From Longimicrobiales bacterium (lineage in GTDB: Bacteria; Gemmatimonadota; Gemmatimonadetes; Longimicrobiales; Gaopeijiaceae), in assembly GCA_963664435.2 (NCBI GenBank), contig CAXXKM010000003.1:832001-896000 (forward strand): a stretch of DNA of 64,000 nucleotides, read 5' to 3'. The notes beneath the pieces are model-generated. The model ran no database searches. It saw only the letters and a program-made list of their open reading frames with translations, and was not told the origin of the DNA. The position numbers and the translations under genes are program-made. Below, piece after piece: positions 59,919 through 64,000 of this stretch. The stretch's first letter is position 1. Each line of letters starts with the position of its first letter.

Positions 59919-61700
59919 GTGAGGGTTCGCACCCAGGACGGCTACGACGCCATCGTAGTGGGCTCGGGCGCGGGGGGCGGCATGACCGCCTACGTCCTCG
60001 CCTGCTCGGGGCTCAGGGTGCTGATGCTCGAAGCGGGCCGGCACTACGATCCGGTCACCGAGACCCCCATGTTCCACCTTCCGCGGGACGCGCCGCTGCG
60101 CGGGGGCGGCACCCGCCACAAGCCCTTCGGCTTCTACGACGCGACCGTCGACGGAGGCTGGGAGGTGCCGGGGGAGCCCTACTCCAGCACGGAGGGGACC
60201 GACTTCCGCTGGTGGCGGGCGCGCATGCTGGGCGGGCGCACCAACCACTGGGGCCGCATCTCCCTGCGCATGGGCGAGTACGACTTCAAGCCGTACTCCC
60301 GGGACGGGCTGGGCTTCGACTGGCCCCTCTCCTACGAGGATCTCGCCCCCTGGTACGACAAGACCGAAGCCCTGATCGGCGTCTACGGCTCGAACGAGGG
60401 GCTGGAGAACACGCCCAACTCCTCTCCGGGCGTGCTCCTCCCCCCTCCGGCGCCCCGCGCCGAGGAGATGCTGACCCGACACCACTGCCGCGACCTGAAC
60501 ATCCCCGTCATCCCCGCCCACCTCGCGATCCTGACGCAGCGTCTCGACGCCGCCCGCATCGCGCGCACGCTCTGGCCCGGCAACGCGCTCGCGCAACGGG
60601 TCACCCAGGAGTCCATGGCGGCGCGCGCGGCGTGCTTCTACGCGACCCCCTGCGGCCGCGGCTGCTCCATCAAGGCCAACTTCCAGACCCCGACGGTGCT
60701 CCTGCCCCCCGCACTCGCCACCGGCAACCTGGACATCATCACCGACGCCATGGTGCGCGAGGTCACCATCGATGCGCGCGGCCGGGCCACCGGGGTGCAC
60801 TACATCGACAGGAACACGCGCCTGGACGAACATGCCAGCGCCCGCGTGGTGGTGCTCGCGGCCAGCGCCTGCGAGTCGGCGCGCATCCTCCTCAACTCGA
60901 AGAGCTCGCTCCATCCGGATGGGCTTGGCAACGGAAGCGGTCTGGTCGGCAAGTACGTCATGGACACGGTCGGCGCGGGCGTCGGGGGCCAGATTCCGGC
61001 GCTTGAGAACATGCCCCCGCACAACGCGGACGGCGCCTCGGCGATGCACCTGTACATGCCCTGGTGGCTCTACGGGGAGCAGGCGCGCGGCCGGCTCGAC
61101 TTCGCGCGCGGCTATCACATCGAGTTCGGCGGAGGCCGGCGCATGCCCGGCTTCGGCTTCATGGGCGGGCTGGCGGAGCTCACCGGGGGCAGCTATGGCC
61201 AGCGGCTCAAGGACGAGTGCCGCCGCTACTACGGCTCGTTCCTCTGGTTCGACGGGCGCGGCGAGATGATTCCCAACGAGGATTCCTGGTGCGAGATCGA
61301 TCCCGAGGGCGTCGACCGCTGGGGCATCCCGACCCTCAGATTCAACTGGAAGTGGTCCTCGCACGAGCTGAATCAGGCCCGGCACATGCAGCACACCTTC
61401 GCCGGGATCATTCAGGCGATGGGCGGCCGGGTGACCAGCGACGTCCACGACGACGGCGCGCGCGCGATCGCCGCCCCCGGCGTCATCATTCACGAAGTGG
61501 GCGGCGTGATGATGGGAGAAGACCCGAGCGCTTCCGTGCTCAACCAGTTCTGCCAGTCGTGGGAGGTCGACAACCTGTTCGTGACCGACGGGGGCCCCTT
61601 CGTGTCGAACGCCGACAAGAACCCGACCCTGTCGATCCTGGCGCTGGCGTGGCGCGCGTCGGACTACATCGTGGAACAGCTGCGCACCCGGAGCCTGTGA
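59919..61700 (+). CDS. GMC family flavoprotein oxidoreductase (glycoside 3-dehydrogenase large-subunit-like)
   Basis: YDAIVVGSGAGGG, MLGGRTNHWGR, CFYATPCGRGC, IHEVGG and KNPTLSILALAWR motifs. Confidence 0.93.
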   Translation: MRVRTQDGYDAIVVGSGAGGGMTAYVLACSGLRVLMLEAGRHYDPVTETPMFHLPRDAPLRGGGTRHKPFGFYDATVDGGWEVPGEPYSSTEGTDFRWWRARMLGGRTNHWGRISLRMGEYDFKPYSRDGLGFDWPLSYEDLAPWYDKTEALIGVYGSNEGLENTPNSSPGVLLPPPAPRAEEMLTRHHCRDLNIPVIPAHLAILTQRLDAARIARTLWPGNALAQRVTQESMAARAACFYATPCGRGCSIKANFQTPTVLLPPALATGNLDIITDAMVREVTIDARGRATGVHYIDRNTRLDEHASARVVVLAASACESARILLNSKSSLHPDGLGNGSGLVGKYVMDTVGAGVGGQIPALENMPPHNADGASAMHLYMPWWLYGEQARGRLDFARGYHIEFGGGRRMPGFGFMGGLAELTGGSYGQRLKDECRRYYGSFLWFDGRGEMIPNEDSWCEIDPEGVDRWGIPTLRFNWKWSSHELNQARHMQHTFAGIIQAMGGRVTSDVHDDGARAIAAPGVIIHEVGGVMMGEDPSASVLNQFCQSWEVDNLFVTDGGPFVSNADKNPTLSILALAWRASDYIVEQLRTRSL

Positions 61701-62527
61701 TGAGCGACAAGCGAGGAGCCGGTCCGGCGCGCGTGGTGGACGAAGAGCGCATCGCGGCGCGGAATCGGCGCGAACGGGCCTTGCCGATGGCCGATGGGCG
61801 TGAGGCAGCCCCGGGAGAGCGAGGAATGGACCGCCGCCACGCCCTCAAGGTGATGGCGCTGGCCGCCGCCGCGCCCGGACTCGCATCCTGCGGTCCCGGA
61901 CCTGGTGACGAAAACGTGGCCGCGGGTGCATCTGCCGGGGCTGCCGGTATCGCGGGCGGCAGCACCCCCGGCCAGGTCGCCAACCCCAATGCGCGCGGCG
62001 ATCTCTGGGATCCGGACCTCCTCTCCCCCGTGGTGCCGTGGGAGCGGTCGCTCGACCCCGACGAACTCGAGTCGCTCGCGGTGCTCTGCGACGTGATCCT
62101 GCCCGCCGACGACCGCTCTCCGGCCGCGAGCGAGCTGGGCGCCCACGACTTCATCGACGAATGGGTGAGCGCGCCCTACGAGGCCCTCCAGGCGGGCGGC
62201 GTGCTGATCCGGGGCGGGCTGGTCTGGCTCGACCGCGAGGCGCACGCGCGCTTCGGCGGGGGCGCCCCGCCGGCCAGCGTCCGCTTCCGCGACCTCACGA
62301 GCGCGCAGCAGCACGCCATCTGCGACGACATCTGCGACCCGGAGCGGGCCGAGGGCGGGCCGTTCGAAGCCCCTTCCCTCTTTTTCGACCGGGTGCGCTA
62401 CCTGACCCTCACCGCCTTCTGGACCACGGCCGAAGGCATGGACGACATCCAGTACGTCGGCAACACCCCACTGACCCGATGGGACCCGCCGCCACCCGAG
62501 GTCCTCCGCCACATCGGGCTCGCCTGA
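61700..62527 (+). CDS. Gluconate 2-dehydrogenase subunit 3 family (Tat hitch-hiker partner of the GMC enzyme)
   Basis: MDRRHALK Tat motif (alternative start 61826); LCDVILPAD, FIDEWV, GLVWLD and FWTTAEGMDDIQYVGN motifs. Confidence 0.88.
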   Translation: MSDKRGAGPARVVDEERIAARNRRERALPMADGREAAPGERGMDRRHALKVMALAAAAPGLASCGPGPGDENVAAGASAGAAGIAGGSTPGQVANPNARGDLWDPDLLSPVVPWERSLDPDELESLAVLCDVILPADDRSPAASELGAHDFIDEWVSAPYEALQAGGVLIRGGLVWLDREAHARFGGGAPPASVRFRDLTSAQQHAICDDICDPERAEGGPFEAPSLFFDRVRYLTLTAFWTTAEGMDDIQYVGNTPLTRWDPPPPEVLRHIGLA

Positions 62528-62553
62528 CCGGCTCTCCCAACCAGGACCACCTC

Positions 62554-64000
62554 ATGGCCCCATCCGACGCCCGCCCATCCGCAAACGCCGAGCGCCTCTT
62601 CCGTGGCAGCTGCGTCGCCCTGATCGCCACATCGGTCGCCTTCGCGACCGTGGGCGCCGTCATGCTCGACCTCAAGAACGAGTTCGTGCTTACGAACGAG
62701 CAGGTGGGCTGGATCGGGGGCGCGGCCCTCTGGGGGTTCGCGCTCTCGCAAGTGGTCTTCGCGCCGCTGGCCGACACGCTGGGCTTCCGCACCCTGCTGC
62801 GCACGGCGTTCGCGGCGCACCTGATCGGCACGGTCACGCTCATCCTCGGCGGGAGTTTCGCGCATCTCTTCACGGGCGCGCTGATCATCTCCATGGGGAA
62901 CGGGCTGGTGGAAGCCGCGTGCAACCCGCTGGTAGCGGCGCTCTATCCGGGCAACAAGACCGTCAAGTTGAACAACTTCCACGTCTGGTTCCCGGGCGGG
63001 ATCGTGCTGGGCGGACTGGCCGCGTTCGGGCTCGATCAGCTGGCGGCTTCGTCCGCGGGGCTGGAGGTCCTCGGGGAGTGGCGGGTGAAGATCGCGCTGA
63101 TCGTCGTTCCGACGCTGGTCTACGGGCACATGCTGCTGCGGGAGAAGTTTCCGCCCACCGAAGGGGTGCAGGCGGGCGTTTCGGTGGCCGAGACGTTTCG
63201 CGCCGCGCTCACCACCCCGTTCATGCTGCTCATGCTGTTCGCGATGGCGATGACCGCCTCCATCGAGATCGGCCCTACCCGCTGGGTCCCGGCGGTGCTG
63301 GAGGCGGGGGGCATCCCCGGCATTCTGGTTCTGGTGTGGATCAATGGCCTCATGGCGGTGCTGCGTCACCGGGCCGGGACGGTCGTTCACCGGCTCTCGC
63401 CCCCCGGAGTACTGCTGATCTCTGCGGCCCTGACCGGGGTCGGGCTGCTCGCCTTCAGCTACGCGTCCGGGGCGGCCGCCGTCTTCCTTACCGCGACGGT
63501 CTACGCGGTCGGCATCTGCTACATCTGGCCCACCATGCTGGGCGTGGTGTCGGAGCGGGTGCCGAAGAGCGGCGCACTGGGCCTGGGGCTGATGGGGGCG
63601 GTGGGAATGGCGACCACCGGGCTGGTGACAGCGCCCCAGATGGGCCGGGTGGCCGACGTCTACGCCCACGACCAGCTTCCCGCGGTGGAGGTGGTGGCGC
63701 TCTTCGAACGCGCCGACGGCGAGCTGGCGGCGGTGCCGGGGCCCGACGCGAGCGCCGCCCGCGACGCTGCCGCCGATGTGGTGGCCGAATACAGGTCGGA
63801 AGGCGCCCTGCCCTCCCCCGCAACCGCCAACGCGCTCCGGCAGATCATCGACTCCGGGGCGGGCGAGGGACTCACCGGGGATGCGCAGGCGATCCTGGGA
63901 CCCGCTGACAACTTCGGCGGACGCATCTCCTTCCGCTATCTGGTGCCTCTTTGCGGCGTCCTGGTAGTGATTTTCGGGGTAATGCAGGCGCGTGCCCGAA
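62554..64000 (+). CDS. MFS transporter (partial, runs off window)
   Basis: Manual translation MAPSDARPSANAERLFRGSCVALIATSVAF...GNGLVEAACNPLVAALY...KLNNFHVWFPGGIV...WPTMLGVVSERVPKSGALG; no stop before the window end. Confidence 0.88.
   Translation, partial: MAPSDARPSANAERLFRGSCVALIATSVAFATVGAVMLDLKNEFVLTNEQVGWIGGAALWGFALSQVVFAPLADTLGFRTLLRTAFAAHLIGTVTLILGGSFAHLFTGALIISMGNGLVEAACNPLVAALYPGNKTVKLNNFHVWFPGGIVLGGLAAFGLDQLAASSAGLEVLGEWRVKIALIVVPTLVYGHMLLREKFPPTEGVQAGVSVAETFRAALTTPFMLLMLFAMAMTASIEIGPTRWVPAVLEAGGIPGILVLVWINGLMAVLRHRAGTVVHRLSPPGVLLISAALTGVGLLAFSYASGAAAVFLTATVYAVGICYIWPTMLGVVSERVPKSGALGLGLMGAVGMATTGLVTAPQMGRVADVYAHDQLPAVEVVALFERADGELAAVPGPDASAARDAAADVVAEYRSEGALPSPATANALRQIIDSGAGEGLTGDAQAILGPADNFGGRISFRYLVPLCGVLVVIFGVMQARAR

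Overview
GC-rich bacterial chromosomal window, most consistent with a Gemmatimonadota genome. This is an inference from SusC/SusD-type TonB receptor pairs in a very GC-rich background, free-standing plug lipoproteins and divergent MurB/MutL motifs. Core genes are mobA (partial), fdhD, thrS, groES-groEL with a perfect CIRCE, secD-secF-tatD-mutL-miaA-uppP-birA-coaX and murB. Accessory content comprises three paralogous SusC/SusD loci flanked by amide/peptide hydrolases rather than CAZymes, an AlbA_2/ATPase-like/HTH + Ig-repeat + Fic islet, a degenerate RHH-VapC toxin-antitoxin pair, and a 3-keto-glycoside (oxidation/elimination) catabolic operon at the right end. The most unusual signals are: (1) a helically phased DNA motif array inside the AlbA_2 gene that copies the motif in its own upstream region; (2) two convergent stand-alone TonB plug-domain lipoproteins beside a SusC gene interrupted by a single in-frame TGA; (3) an S9 peptidase that keeps its nucleophile Ser but lacks the triad Asp and His; (4) a 530-bp hairpin-dense region upstream of the third SusC. 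No rRNA, tRNA, CRISPR array, transposase or integrase was recognised.
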